Shown here: positions 19,616-29,227 of the stretch, piece after piece
How the letters are laid out: each line of letters opens with the position of its first letter
Numbering within the stretch: position 1 is the first letter of the stretch
Source of the DNA: an uncultured Chloroflexia bacterium
GTDB taxonomy: Bacteria; Chloroflexota; Limnocylindria; Limnocylindrales; CSP1-4
Direction: 5' to 3'
DNA length: 64,000 bases
NCBI GenBank assembly: GCA_963719145.1
Contig: CAVRAX010000006.1
Coordinates: 55,159-119,158 of the forward strand
The notes under the pieces: generated by a model
Told to the model about the DNA's origin: nothing
The model's input: the letters and a program-made list of their open reading frames with translations, nothing else
Database searches by the model: none
Translations under genes and position numbers: made by a program

Positions 19616-20371
19616 CTACCTGATCACGAGGAGAAGATCGCCCACCTCGATCGTCGTACCCGCCCCGACGGCAACCCGCTCGACCGTCCCGTCGCGCGGA
19701 GCGCGGAGCTCGTTCTGCATCTTCATCGCCTCGACGACGAGGACCTGCTCGCCCGCCGTCACGACGTCGCCATCGGCCACCGAGACGGAGACGACGACTC
19801 CGGGGATGATGGCACGGATCTCCGCCGGTCCGCTCTGATCCGCCTCGGCGTGATCACGGCGCGCGCGCTCGCGGAGGGCGGCCCTCGCGGCCGGCTCCAC
19901 CTCGACCTCGAACCGCCAGCCGTCGATCACGACCTCCCGGCGCACCGAGCCGGGCGTTTCACCGGCGGCGGCCGGCAGGATCAGGAGGCGGTCGCGGGTC
20001 CCGGCGGGCCCGCCCCGGACCAGGATCGCGTGCTCGTCGTCGAGCTCCTGCAGCGCTGCCTCGACCGGCTCGCCGTTGACGATCACGTAGCGGCGATTGC
20101 TGGCGCCCGGCCGGACCGTGGGGTCGGCCCGCCCCGGGTCGGCGACGATGCCGGGAGCCGAGGATCGATGGGCCGGCGCGATCGGGATGTCCGGTGGCTC
20201 GACGACCAGCGGCGGCGGAGCCGGAGCGGTGGTCATGGCGACACTGACCCGGACACCGCGCGGATCGACAACCCGGCCGTCAGCGGCCGCCGCCAGCGGT
20301 GCCAGCGCCGGGGACGCCCCGTCGCCCGGCGGCATCGGGGTCCGCTCGTCGCCGGACGCGCGACGGTTCAT
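19616..20371 (-). CDS. biotin carboxyl carrier protein (biotinyl domain)
   Basis: C-terminal IIPGVVVSV...VLVVEAMKMQNEL (AMKM biotinylation site). The ATG at 20371 overlaps the upstream stop (ATGA). Confidence 0.8.
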   Translation of the reverse strand: MNRRASGDERTPMPPGDGASPALAPLAAAADGRVVDPRGVRVSVAMTTAPAPPPLVVEPPDIPIAPAHRSSAPGIVADPGRADPTVRPGASNRRYVIVNGEPVEAALQELDDEHAILVRGGPAGTRDRLLILPAAAGETPGSVRREVVIDGWRFEVEVEPAARAALRERARRDHAEADQSGPAEIRAIIPGVVVSVSVADGDVVTAGEQVLVVEAMKMQNELRAPRDGTVERVAVGAGTTIEVGDLLLVIR

Positions 20372-21993
20372 CGCGGCCAGCGATCCACGGCGACGTCCAG
20401 CCCGGCTCGCCGCCACCGGCCGTCGGCCGCCTCCAAGGGAACGGCCCCCCTCGAGACCCCGGGCCAGACAATGGCGCCACCCGCGGCCGCCGCCGCGTCG
20501 AGCGCGGCGAGGCCGACCGCGAGCTCGGCCGCCGCCGCAGCCGCGACCCGCTCGGCGGGCCCATCCCAGTGTTGCTCGACCCAGGCCGTCGACAGCTCCG
20601 CGGCCCGGAACGCCGGAGCGCGGGCGACGAATCGGTGGAACGGCAGGGTCGTCTGGATCCCGGCAATCTCCGTCTCGTCCAGGGCCCGCCGAAGTCGATC
20701 GATGGCGGCGTCGCGGTCGCCGGCGAGGACCATGATCTTGGCGATGAGGTTGTCATAGTCGGGTGGGACCCGCTCCCCTGCCCCGATTGCCGTGTCCACC
20801 CGGACGCCGGGGCCCGACGGCATGGCCCAGCGAGCGATCCGGCCGGGCGCGGGCGCGAAGTCGCGGCCAGGGTCCTCGGCCGAGATCCTGACCTCGATGG
20901 CGTGGCCGAGCGGGGCCGCCGCCCGGGCCGCGGCCGCCAGGGCTGCCTCGGACAGCGGCCGTCCGGCGGCGAGGTGGAACTGTTCCCGCACGATGTCGAA
21001 CCCGCCCACGAGCTCGGTCACCCCGTGCTCGACCTGGAGGCGGGTGTTCACCTCGAGGAAGTAGACGGCGCCGTCTGCCGCCCGAAGGAACTCGGCGGTG
21101 GCCGCGTTCCGGAGCCCTGCCGCGGCGGCGACGCGGACGGCGAGCTCGTGGAGCCGACGTCGCTCCTCCTCGCTCAGGCCGGGGGCGGGGGCCTCCTCGA
21201 CGAGCTTCTGGTGGCGCCGCTGCAGGGAGCAGTCACGCTCGCCGAGGGCCACCACCTTCCCGGCGACGTCGGCGAGAAGCTGGACCTCGATGTGGCGGGC
21301 CGGGCTGATCTCCCGCTCGAGGTAGACGGACCCGTCGCCGAATGCGGCGGCCGCCTCGCGCGAACCGGACACCAGGGCCGCCGGGATCTCGGCCGGCACC
21401 GACACCCGGCGCATGCCCCGGCCGCCGCCGCCGGCCGCCGCCTTGATGAGGAGCGGGAAGCCGATCTGTTCGGCCTCGGCAACGATGGCATCCGCCTGCT
21501 CGGGCCGGTCCAGCTGCGCCGGCTCGAGCGTCCCGGGGACGACCGGGACGCCGGCGTCGCGAGCGGCTCGGCGCGCGTGGAGCTTGTCGCCAAGAGCGTC
21601 GATGGCCTCGGACGGCGGTCCGACGAAGACGATGCCAGCGGCCTCGATCGCGCGGGCGAAGGAGGCCCGCTCGGCCAGGAACCCGTAGCCCGGATGGACG
21701 GCCTCGGCACCCGTGTCGAGCGCCGCCTGGACGATCGCCCCGATCCGGAGATAGCTCTCCGCGGCCGGCGCCGGGCCGAGGCGCACCGCCCGGTCGGCCA
21801 AGCGAACATGCGCCGCGCGCTCGTCGGCGTCGCTGTAGACCGCGACGGCCTCCATTCCCAGCTCGTGACAGGCTCGGATCAGCCGGACCGCGATCTCTCC
21901 GCGGTTGGCGATGAGGACTCGCCGAAAGGGCGGCGACCGCCCGTCGTCTTTGCGCAAAGACGCCGCCGGGCCCTCAGAGCGGGATGTTGCCAT
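20368..21993 (-). CDS. biotin carboxylase subunit of acyl-CoA carboxylase
   Basis: [36 protein letters not shown] and [10 protein letters not shown] motifs. The start is uncertain: the ATG at 21993 overlaps pccB, or a TTG lies inside the palindrome. Confidence 0.93.
   Translation of the reverse strand: MATSRSEGPAASLRKDDGRSPPFRRVLIANRGEIAVRLIRACHELGMEAVAVYSDADERAAHVRLADRAVRLGPAPAAESYLRIGAIVQAALDTGAEAVHPGYGFLAERASFARAIEAAGIVFVGPPSEAIDALGDKLHARRAARDAGVPVVPGTLEPAQLDRPEQADAIVAEAEQIGFPLLIKAAAGGGGRGMRRVSVPAEIPAALVSGSREAAAAFGDGSVYLEREISPARHIEVQLLADVAGKVVALGERDCSLQRRHQKLVEEAPAPGLSEEERRRLHELAVRVAAAAGLRNAATAEFLRAADGAVYFLEVNTRLQVEHGVTELVGGFDIVREQFHLAAGRPLSEAALAAAARAAAPLGHAIEVRISAEDPGRDFAPAPGRIARWAMPSGPGVRVDTAIGAGERVPPDYDNLIAKIMVLAGDRDAAIDRLRRALDETEIAGIQTTLPFHRFVARAPAFRAAELSTAWVEQHWDGPAERVAAAAAAELAVGLAALDAAAAAGGAIVWPGVSRGAVPLEAADGRWRRAGLDVAVDRWPR
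21946..21961. repeat. perfect 16-bp palindrome GTCTTTGCGCAAAGAC (copy 1)
   Basis: Read directly; it extends to 18 bp (21945-21962). It lies in the pccB-stop / biotin-carboxylase-start junction. Confidence 0.9.
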
Positions 21994-23623
21994 GCTTCTT
22001 TCTCGGGTTGACGTCGTGCTTGTCGGCGAGCATGTCCAGGGCCCGGATGATCCTCGGCCGGGTCTCCGAGGGTCGGATGACGTCGTCGACGTAGCCGCGC
22101 CCCGCCGCGATGTACGGATTGGCGAACTCCGCCTCGTACTCGGCGACGAGCCGCCGATGCTCCGCGGCCGGATCGTCCGCCTCGCTGATCGCGTCCTTGA
22201 AGATGATGTTCACCGCGCCCTCGGCGCCCATCACCGCGATCTCCGCCGACGGCCAGGCGAAGTTCATGTCGCCGCGGACGTGCTTGCTGCTCATGACGTC
22301 GTAGGCGCCGCCGTAGGCCTTGCGCGTGATGACGGTGATCTTCGGGACGGTCGCTTCGCAGTACGCGTACAGGAGCTTCGCGCCGTGCTTGATGATGCCG
22401 CCGTGCTCCTGCCCCACTCCGGGCAGGAAGCCGGGCACGTCAACGAGGGTCACGAGCGGAATGTTGAAGCAGTCGCACGTCCGCACGAACCGTGCCGCCT
22501 TCGTGGAGGCATCGATGTCGAGCGCGCCGGCGAGGACCGCGGGCTGCTGGGCGATGATCCCGACGCTTCGGCCGGCGAAGCGGGCGAAGCCGACGACGAT
22601 GTTGGCCGCCCAGCCCGGCTGGATCTCGAGGAACTGGGCGTCATCGACGATCCGGGTGATGACGCCCTGCATGTCGTAGGGCCGATGCGGGTCATCGGGC
22701 ACGATGTGGTCGAGCTCCGCGTCCATCCGGCCCGTCGGATCCGTCGTCGTCCGGATCGCCGGAACGTCCAGGTTGTTCTGGGGCAGGTGGGCCAGGATTC
22801 GTCGCGCGGCATCGAGGGCCTCGGACTCGTCGTGCGCCGCCAGGTGGGCGACACCGCTCCGCGTCGTGTGAACGATGGCTCCGCCGAGCGCCTCGGAATC
22901 AACCTCCTCGTGGGTGACCGCGCGGACGACGTTGGGGCCGGTCACGAACATGTAGCTGGTCCGCTCGACCATGATCGTGAAGTCGGTCATCGCCGGCGAG
23001 TAGACCGCTCCGCCGGCGCACGGGCCGAGGATCACCGAGATCTGCGGCACCACGCCCGAGGCGAGGACATTTCGAAGGAAGATGTCGGCGTAGCCCCCGA
23101 GGGACGCGACGCCTTCCTGAATCCGGGCGCCGCCCGAGTCATTCAACCCGATGACCGGCGCGCCGACCTTCATGGCCAGGTCCATCACCTTGCAGATCTT
23201 CTCGGCATACGCCTCTGAGAGCGAGCCGCCGAAGACGGTGAAGTCCTGGCTGAAGACGAAGACGAGGCGCCCGTCGATCGTCCCGTGACCCGAGACGACG
23301 CCGTCGCCGAGGAACTGCTGCTCGGCGAGGCCGGATTCGGTGGCGCGGTGGGTCACGAAGGCGTCGAGCTCGACGAACGACCCCGGATCGAGCAGCAGGT
23401 CGAGCCGTTCGCGGGCCGTGAGCTTGCCCGAGGCGTGCTGGCGCTCGATGCGCACGGCTCCCCCGCCCAGGAGCGCCTCGGCGCGCATCTGTGCCAGGAG
23501 GTTCAGCCGTTCTTCGTTCGTCGGCACGGCGAGTGGCTCCAGTTCCGTGGACCCGGGCGGCTGCGCGCTCGTCATTGGCCGATGGCCCGTCATAGCCGAT
23601 GGCCCGTCTTTGCGCAGAGACAC
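21974..23623 (-). CDS. pccB: propionyl-CoA carboxylase beta (carboxyltransferase) subunit
   Basis: [31 protein letters not shown] and PGFLPG motifs of the carboxyltransferase family. Alternative in-frame starts are at 23593 and 23575. Confidence 0.93.
   Translation of the reverse strand: MSLRKDGPSAMTGHRPMTSAQPPGSTELEPLAVPTNEERLNLLAQMRAEALLGGGAVRIERQHASGKLTARERLDLLLDPGSFVELDAFVTHRATESGLAEQQFLGDGVVSGHGTIDGRLVFVFSQDFTVFGGSLSEAYAEKICKVMDLAMKVGAPVIGLNDSGGARIQEGVASLGGYADIFLRNVLASGVVPQISVILGPCAGGAVYSPAMTDFTIMVERTSYMFVTGPNVVRAVTHEEVDSEALGGAIVHTTRSGVAHLAAHDESEALDAARRILAHLPQNNLDVPAIRTTTDPTGRMDAELDHIVPDDPHRPYDMQGVITRIVDDAQFLEIQPGWAANIVVGFARFAGRSVGIIAQQPAVLAGALDIDASTKAARFVRTCDCFNIPLVTLVDVPGFLPGVGQEHGGIIKHGAKLLYAYCEATVPKITVITRKAYGGAYDVMSSKHVRGDMNFAWPSAEIAVMGAEGAVNIIFKDAISEADDPAAEHRRLVAEYEAEFANPYIAAGRGYVDDVIRPSETRPRIIRALDMLADKHDVNPRKKHGNIPL
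23606..23621. repeat. palindrome copy 2 (GTCTTTGCGCAGAGAC, 1 mismatch)
   Basis: Read directly. It lies about +23 to +38 downstream of the pccB -10 and overlaps the first candidate codons. Confidence 0.85.
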
Positions 23624-23650
23624 CCGGGAGGGCTTCCCGAGTCTCGGGCC

Positions 23651-23656
23651 ATTCTA
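23651..23656 (-). promoter_or_regulatory. candidate -10 (TAGAAT) of the pccB operon
   Basis: TAGAAT on the minus strand, 27 nt upstream of the GTG at 23623. Confidence 0.45.
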
Positions 23657-23753
23657 GACGGCGCGAGGGGCGCAACCCCGAGCCGATCTGCGGACAAATC
23701 GGGTGGTCTGGCGGCTCTCGGCGGTGCGCGACGGACCGCGACCGACCGCGACG

Positions 23754-23795
23754 AAATCCACAGAACCGTGCACAAGTCGACGATCCTGTGGATAA
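23754..23795. promoter_or_regulatory. cluster of DnaA-box-like 9-mers
   Basis: A perfect TTATCCACA lies on the minus strand (23787-23795). AAATCCACA is on the plus strand (23754-23762) and TTGTGCACG on the minus strand (23767-23775). All are within 42 bp and relatively AT-rich. Confidence 0.5.
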
Positions 23796-23825
23796 CTCAC
23801 GCGTCGCTGGTCTCGCCCGCTGGGG

Positions 23826-23831
23826 TACGAT
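23826..23831 (+). promoter_or_regulatory. candidate -10 (TACGAT) for parA
   Basis: Same hexamer as the sucC -10. It lies 54 nt upstream of the ATG at 23886 and about 30 bp downstream of the perfect DnaA box. Confidence 0.35.
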
Positions 23832-23885
23832 CTTGGGCACACCCGCCCCCGAAATCGCGCCGCCGGCGCGTCCGCATCGCACTCG

Positions 23886-24686
23886 ATGGGCCAACTTGAC
23901 ACTCGCGAGGTAACTGCCCCGGTGACCAACGTGATCGCGATCGCCAACCAGAAGGGTGGCGTCGGGAAGACGACGACGGCGATCAACCTGGCAGGCGCGC
24001 TGGCGGAGGAGGGGCTTCGGATCCTGTGCGTCGACATGGACCCGCAGGCGAATCTGACGGCCGGTCTCGGCATCAACCTCAACACCGTCGAACGATCGAT
24101 GGCCGACGTGCTGGTTGGGCGGGCCGGGCTCGACGAGGTCATCCGGCCCACGGAGACCGAGCACATCGACATCGTCCCCGCTCATATCGACCTTGCCGCC
24201 ACGGAAGGCGAGCTGTTCACGATGCTCGGTCGCGAGTCGCTCCTTCGCGACGCGCTCGACGGTCGCCTGAAGAACCGCTACGACTATGCCCTCATCGACT
24301 GCCCGCCGAACCTCGGCCTCCTCACGGTCAACGGGCTCGTCGCGGCGGACGGCGTCATCATCCCGGTCCAGACGCAGTACTACGCGATGAAGGGGCTTTC
24401 GAACCTGGTCAAGGTCATCAACACGATCCGACTCAAGTTGAATCGCAAGCTCAAGATCCTCGGGCTGCTGCCGACCTTCTACGACGCCCGCACGAACCTC
24501 GCGCGCGACATGCTGGACGAGCTGCGGGTCGTCGGCGATCACCACGTCTTCAACTCGATCATCCGGAACACGGTGAAGCTCGGCGAGGCGCCGCTCGTCG
24601 GCCGGCCCATCACCGTGTACGCGGGCAACACCGACGTAGCGCGCACGTACCGGGAGCTGGCGCGGGAGGTGATCGATCTTGGCTAG
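23886..24686 (+). CDS. parA: chromosome partitioning ATPase ParA/Soj
   Basis: [21 protein letters not shown] deviant Walker A; MDPQANLT. The true start could be the in-frame GTG at 23922. Confidence 0.93.
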   Translation: MGQLDTREVTAPVTNVIAIANQKGGVGKTTTAINLAGALAEEGLRILCVDMDPQANLTAGLGINLNTVERSMADVLVGRAGLDEVIRPTETEHIDIVPAHIDLAATEGELFTMLGRESLLRDALDGRLKNRYDYALIDCPPNLGLLTVNGLVAADGVIIPVQTQYYAMKGLSNLVKVINTIRLKLNRKLKILGLLPTFYDARTNLARDMLDELRVVGDHHVFNSIIRNTVKLGEAPLVGRPITVYAGNTDVARTYRELAREVIDLG

Positions 24687-25698
24687 GACGGATTTCCGCG
24701 GCGTCGCCGCCCGACGCCTGTCCGAGGAGCGCGAACTCTCCCCCGCCATCGTCAGCCTCCTGACGTCCGACCATGCCGGGCGGTCGAGCGGCGTCCGGGT
24801 CCTGCCGGTCAACAGGATCACGCCGAATCCGCAGCAGCCCCGGCTCGCCTTCGACGAGACGTCCCTGCAGGAGCTCGCCGCATCGATCCGGGAGCATGGG
24901 GTCCTGCAGCCGATCCTCGTCCGGCCCCTCGGCAACAACGAGTATCAGCTGGTCGCCGGCGAGCGCCGCTGGCGGGCCTCGAAAGTGGCGGGCCTGGGGA
25001 CGATCCCCGCCCTCGTCGAGGAGATCGATGACGACACCGCGCTCGAGATTGCGATCATCGAGAACCTCCAGCGGGAGGACCTCTCCCCGCTCGACGAGGC
25101 GGCGATCTACGACCGGATGGTCCACGAGCACGGCTACTCGGTCCGCAAGCTCGCCCACAAGCTCGGCAAGGACAAGGGCTATCTCGAAAACCGGTTGCGA
25201 CTTGCGAACGCGCCCGAGGAGATCCGCGAGCTGGTGTCCTTGCGCAAAGACACCCTGTCCCATGCCTACGAGCTGTTGAAGGTCGACGACGTCAAGAAGC
25301 GGAAGCGCCTCGCCGCGCAGGTTGCCCGGGGGGACCTGACCCTGGCCCGGCTCCGCGACCGGATCGAGGGGCGCCGCTCGCGCGTCGGAGCGGAGCCGAG
25401 TCCGGCGTCCGACGACGACACCGATGTCTCCGAGGCCACGGCGGACGCCGAATCGGCCTGGACCGGGCGGCGGGACTCCGGCGCGCCGCTCCGAGACGAC
25501 GCGCTGGTCAATGCCAAGCGTCAGCTCGGCGATGCGGTCGAGGGACTCGTCGACGTCCTCGGCGGCCGCGACGTCGTTGACTCAATCGACGCGGTCGACA
25601 GGGCCAACCTCGCCAAGTACCTCACGATCGCGAAGCTGAAGCTGGAGAACGCGATCGCGCTCATCCGGAGCGCCGAGCCCTCCGACGGGGCACGCTGA
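24679..25698 (+). CDS. parB: chromosome partitioning protein ParB/Spo0J
   Basis: [24 protein letters not shown] and [10 protein letters not shown] (ParB box) motifs, with the [27 protein letters not shown]. Confidence 0.93.
   Translation: MARTDFRGVAARRLSEERELSPAIVSLLTSDHAGRSSGVRVLPVNRITPNPQQPRLAFDETSLQELAASIREHGVLQPILVRPLGNNEYQLVAGERRWRASKVAGLGTIPALVEEIDDDTALEIAIIENLQREDLSPLDEAAIYDRMVHEHGYSVRKLAHKLGKDKGYLENRLRLANAPEEIRELVSLRKDTLSHAYELLKVDDVKKRKRLAAQVARGDLTLARLRDRIEGRRSRVGAEPSPASDDDTDVSEATADAESAWTGRRDSGAPLRDDALVNAKRQLGDAVEGLVDVLGGRDVVDSIDAVDRANLAKYLTIAKLKLENAIALIRSAEPSDGAR
25236..25251. repeat. palindrome copy 3 (GTCCTTGCGCAAAGAC, 1 mismatch; 20-bp extended symmetry 25234-25253)
   Basis: Read directly. 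It lies inside parB codons 186-191 (VSLRKD). Confidence 0.85.
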
Positions 25699-25764
25699 AG
25701 ACTCCGGAATCACGAAGCCGGCGCCTCTGGCGCCGGCTTCCGTGTGCGCTGGCCGGTTCGCCGG

Positions 25765-26280
25765 TCAGTGGTTCTTCGACTTCCCCTTGCCGTGGCTGAC
25801 CGTCGTGGCCGAGGTCGTCGTATCGGGGGCCTCGGCGCCGAACTGGTGGCCGTGGTTCTTCTTCGCCCACTCGGACACAAAGGCGCCGTGGTTGGCGTAG
25901 CCGTCGGGGGTCTCCTGGTGGGCAGCCCAGCAGACGACGGATCCGTGCTTGAGCAGGGCGAGGTCCTCGGCGCTCAAGCCTGTCGGGTCGGCGGCACAGT
26001 TGTCGCCGCCCGCGTCCTCGGTCGGGGCGTCCTCGGTCGGGGCGTCCTCGGTCGGGGCGTCCCCGGTCGGGGCGTCCTCGGTCTCGGTGTCCTCGTCAGC
26101 CGCTGGCGCCTCGTCGCCTTCATCGGCCTGCACGGGAACGACCTTGCCCGAGGCCTCGAAGGCCACATCGAGGCCGTTCGCCGGCACGGACGGTTTGCCG
26201 GCGAAGGCGATTCCGGCGGTGAACAGGAGGGCGACGAGGCCGATAAGGAGCGGCCGGAGGCGCTTCAGGACGTTGGTCAC
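25765..26280 (-). CDS. secreted acidic repeat protein, hypothetical
   Basis: Signal-peptide-like N-terminus (LLIGLVALLFTAGIAFA), (T-E/G-D-A-P)x5 repeats, two Cys, and a His-rich C-terminus. Confidence 0.6.
   Translation of the reverse strand: MTNVLKRLRPLLIGLVALLFTAGIAFAGKPSVPANGLDVAFEASGKVVPVQADEGDEAPAADEDTETEDAPTGDAPTEDAPTEDAPTEDAGGDNCAADPTGLSAEDLALLKHGSVVCWAAHQETPDGYANHGAFVSEWAKKNHGHQFGAEAPDTTTSATTVSHGKGKSKNH
26008..26086 (-). repeat. in-frame 15-bp tandem repeat x5 (TEDAP units)
   Basis: GCGTCCTCGGTCGGG is repeated head-to-tail, with one or two substitutions per copy. Confidence 0.85.
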
Positions 26281-26392
26281 GGCGTGGATTCTCCAGGTAG
26301 GATCGGTACACCAACGATAACGACCCGGGACCGAATCGTGTTAGGGGTACTTCCGGGCCACCGGCCGAGCGCCGATGGTCACACCGGCGGTG

Positions 26393-27247
26393 TCAACCTG
26401 CACCGGGCCCGCTCTCGGCAAGGGCGGCCAGCCAGCCGACGCCCATCAGCGCGGCACCGACGGCCTCCACCTGCCAACCGGGCCGGGCCAGCCCCCCTCG
26501 CCCGGGTGCGCCGGCCCGGAACAGCGCGACGACCCCGAGACCGAGCACGGCCGCGCCGAGGACGACCAGCGCCCCCGCCGCGGGCGAGGAGCTCCTCGGC
26601 AGGGCAATTACCGCGAGCAGCGCCGCCACGGCCAGGAGAAGCGCATGAAGCCGCGCGGCCGCCGGCCGGCCCAACCGCACGGCGATCGACGGCACCCGGC
26701 GGCGCCGATCTGCGTCGACGTCGACGAGGGCGTTGCCGACGGTCAGTCCCCCGCCGGCCAGCGCGGCGATCGGAACGAGCGCGATGAGCCCGATCGGGAC
26801 ACGACCGGTGGCGCCGAGCCAGGCGAAGATCGGGACCAGGGGCAGGGCGATCGACAGCGGGAGCCAGGCGAGGATCGTCCGGGACAGGCGCACGTCATAG
26901 GCGTAGCCGCAGGCGAGGCCCAGGGCGGCGACCGCCACGAGCACCGGCCCGGAGACGGCGGCCAGGGCCAGGCCGACGAGGGCCGACGTGGCGGCAACGG
27001 CTCGGCCGAAGCGCTGGCTGAGGAGGCCCTCGGCGACAGGCTTGATCGGCCTCCTCCCTCGATCCAGAGGTGCGTCGGCCACGTCGTTGAGAGCGCCGAT
27101 CGAGAACTGCAGGGCCGTCATCGCCAGGCCGAGCCGGACGGCCACGGCGAGCCCTGATCCGGCGAGCAGGGCGATGACGAGCGTGGCCGCACCATTCAAG
27201 AAGGAGGGGAACGGGTGGACCAGGCGGAGGCGGGCGGCCAGCGCCAC
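26393..27247 (-). CDS. UbiA-family aromatic/polyprenyl prenyltransferase (membrane)
   Basis: About 8 TM helices. NDVADAPLDRGRRPIKP (NDxxDxxxD...RP) is the first Asp-rich motif of UbiA enzymes. Confidence 0.8.
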   Translation of the reverse strand: MALAARLRLVHPFPSFLNGAATLVIALLAGSGLAVAVRLGLAMTALQFSIGALNDVADAPLDRGRRPIKPVAEGLLSQRFGRAVAATSALVGLALAAVSGPVLVAVAALGLACGYAYDVRLSRTILAWLPLSIALPLVPIFAWLGATGRVPIGLIALVPIAALAGGGLTVGNALVDVDADRRRRVPSIAVRLGRPAAARLHALLLAVAALLAVIALPRSSSPAAGALVVLGAAVLGLGVVALFRAGAPGRGGLARPGWQVEAVGAALMGVGWLAALAESGPGAG

Positions 27248-27269
27248 TCCCCGACGGGTCTGCGCGGCG

Positions 27270-27635
27270 TCAGACGTAGACGAGCTCGTCGAAGTTCGAG
27301 ACGAGGTACTCGATCAGCCTCGCCCGGGCGTCCCCGGCGCGCGATCGGAGCCCCGGGACGAGCGCGTAGAGCGAGATCGTGGGGACCAGCAGCCGCCCGT
27401 CCCCGTCGCGCCCGGCGGTTGCGGGAGGCCCGCCACCGGATGCGAACACGTGTTCGAATTCGGCCTCGTTGAGGCGCGCGGCGCGGCGAAAGTCATCGAC
27501 GACGCGGACGATCCCTCGGCGCTTGGCCACGTCGCGCAGGAGCTCCTGGGCCCAGGCATCGATCTGGGCGTCGTCCTGGTCGCTGAGGCGCTTGCGGTAC
27601 TCGGTCGGATCGGCCGACAGGCCGGTGGCAGCCAC
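27270..27635 (-). CDS. hypothetical protein (121 aa)
   Basis: The GTG at 27635 lies 5 nt after AAGGAG. The longer track ORF would overlap plsC. No family recognised. Confidence 0.5.
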   Translation of the reverse strand: MAATGLSADPTEYRKRLSDQDDAQIDAWAQELLRDVAKRRGIVRVVDDFRRAARLNEAEFEHVFASGGGPPATAGRDGDGRLLVPTISLYALVPGLRSRAGDARARLIEYLVSNFDELVYV

Positions 27636-27681
27636 GATCACTCCTTCGGCCGGGCTCGTCGGGTCGGACGCGCGTCGCGCG

Positions 27682-28464
27682 TCAGTCCAATCCCCGGTCG
27701 GCGGAAAGTATGCCAGAGGGCTCCTCCGCCCCGGCGGACGCCTCGCGCGAGCCCTCCGGCCAGTCGTTGAAGCGCTCGGTGAGCCAGCGGCCGAACGGGC
27801 CGGGCGGCCCTGGGTCCTCCCCATCGGCCAGGAGCGTCTTGAGGGCCGACCATGTCTCGGCCGTCAGGCCTGCCACGGCCGTCGCCGTAGCCCGGCCGTG
27901 GGTCGGGATCGGCCTCCCGATGCGAACCCGGAGCCGGCGCCGAAACCCGAGCCACGATGTCCCGTTGATGGCCACTGGGACGATCGGAACTCCCGATCGG
28001 AGGGCGAAGTAGGCGGCCCCGTCCTGGATGGCGAGGAGATTCCGCTCACCGACGTGGATCCGCCCCTCGCCCGCGATCGCCAGCACCCCGCCGGCCCGGA
28101 AGACGGCATCGACCCGCCGGGTCACCTCGAGGAGGTTCGTCTTGGCCGGCCGGTACGGGACCGCGGTGGCCGTCCAGTACATGAGCCGGTTCCGGGGGCC
28201 GACCCGCAGGTCGTCCTCTTTGGGCCCGAAGAAGTAGAGCCGCGGCCGGAGCGGCAGGACCGAGTAGAGGAGGAAGGGGTCGGTCCAGTTGAGGTGGTTG
28301 AAGCAGTAGAGGGCCGGACCCGGCGGCAGCCGCTGCCGACCCTCGACCCGGAGCCGGAACATGACCCGCATCAGGAGGCCGACGAGCAGCCGCGAAGAGT
28401 AGTAGCGGAGCGTCCGGTTCCAGGGGGGCAGGTCCGGGCGCGGCAAGCGGTCGTCGAGACTCAT
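27682..28464 (-). CDS. 1-acyl-sn-glycerol-3-phosphate acyltransferase family (PlsC-like)
   Basis: The ATG at 28464 gives a 260-aa protein with NHLNWTDP (HxxxxD), FFGPKED and AGEGR acyltransferase motifs. Confidence 0.85.
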   Translation of the reverse strand: MSLDDRLPRPDLPPWNRTLRYYSSRLLVGLLMRVMFRLRVEGRQRLPPGPALYCFNHLNWTDPFLLYSVLPLRPRLYFFGPKEDDLRVGPRNRLMYWTATAVPYRPAKTNLLEVTRRVDAVFRAGGVLAIAGEGRIHVGERNLLAIQDGAAYFALRSGVPIVPVAINGTSWLGFRRRLRVRIGRPIPTHGRATATAVAGLTAETWSALKTLLADGEDPGPPGPFGRWLTERFNDWPEGSREASAGAEEPSGILSADRGLD

Positions 28465-28495
28465 CGATGTTGAAGACGCGCGTGGCGCGCTCCTG

Positions 28496-29185
28496 TCACG
28501 CGCCGGCACGCGGTGCGTCGGGCGCGACGGGTCGCCGCGCCACCACGGTCGGGTCGAGGTCCGCGAGGCGCGTGATTGCGACGTCGGCGATCGCCTCGGC
28601 TCCCGGTGCCGGAGGCACGCTCTCGTTCGGGACGAGGACCGTGACCATGCCGGCGGCCACGGCCGCTCGCAGCCCGTTGATCGAGTCCTCGACCACGAGG
28701 CAGCGTCCCGGCGGCACCCCGAGTCGACTGGCGGTGGCGAGGTAGACGTCCGGCTCGGGCTTGCCGTGGGCGACGTCATCGGAGGAGACGATGACCGAGA
28801 CGACATCCCGCAACCCGGTGGCGTCGAGGGCGGCGTCGATGACGTCGCGGTGGGCCGACGAGGCGATCGCCACCGGCCAGGAGCGGGCGATCCGCCGCAC
28901 GGCGTCGACGGCCCCGTCAATGACCGGCGCGCCGGCCTGATAGCGCCGGACGACGCGCCGCACGACATCGTCGAGGATCGCCGGCTCGTCGGCCTCGCGA
29001 AGACCGAGAAGCTGACGCATGATCCGGGCCCAGCCCCGCGAGTTCGCCCCCATCACCGCCCGCGTGTCGGCTTCGGTCCAGGGCAGGCCTCGCTCGGCTG
29101 CCCAGGCCACCCGCTCCTCGTGCCACCAGATCTCGGAATCGACGATGACGCCGTCGAGATCGAAGATCACCGCCGCCACCGGCAT
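28496..29185 (-). CDS. HAD-superfamily hydrolase (beta-phosphoglucomutase-like subfamily IA)
   Basis: The ATG at 29185 gives VIFDLDGVIVDSE (motif I), IASS (II), HGKPEPD (III) and VVEDSINGLRAAVAAGM (IV). Confidence 0.85.
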   Translation of the reverse strand: MPVAAVIFDLDGVIVDSEIWWHEERVAWAAERGLPWTEADTRAVMGANSRGWARIMRQLLGLREADEPAILDDVVRRVVRRYQAGAPVIDGAVDAVRRIARSWPVAIASSAHRDVIDAALDATGLRDVVSVIVSSDDVAHGKPEPDVYLATASRLGVPPGRCLVVEDSINGLRAAVAAGMVTVLVPNESVPPAPGAEAIADVAITRLADLDPTVVARRPVAPDAPRAGA

Positions 29186-29227
29186 CGCGTCGCGCTCCTC
29201 CTGCTCGGCGGCGAGCCTAGCATCACC

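Noticed and set aside
23740-23840. Calling this region the chromosomal origin (oriC)
   Set aside because: There are only three DnaA-box-like 9-mers, no obvious AT-rich unwinding element, and no dnaA/dnaN nearby. I report it as a DnaA-box cluster at the parA promoter only.
23139-24938. 599-aa minus-strand ORF spanning the pccB 5' end, the intergenic promoter region and all of parA
   Set aside because: It crosses a region with promoter elements and DnaA boxes and is antisense to a clear ParA gene. No motifs were found.
27443-27456. CACGTG-centred palindrome CGAACACGTGTTCG as a candidate parS
   Set aside because: Only the central CACGTG matches parS; the flanks do not (GAACACGTGTTC versus TTTCACGTGAAA). 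It lies inside a coding region and is a single copy. I found no canonical parS anywhere in the window.
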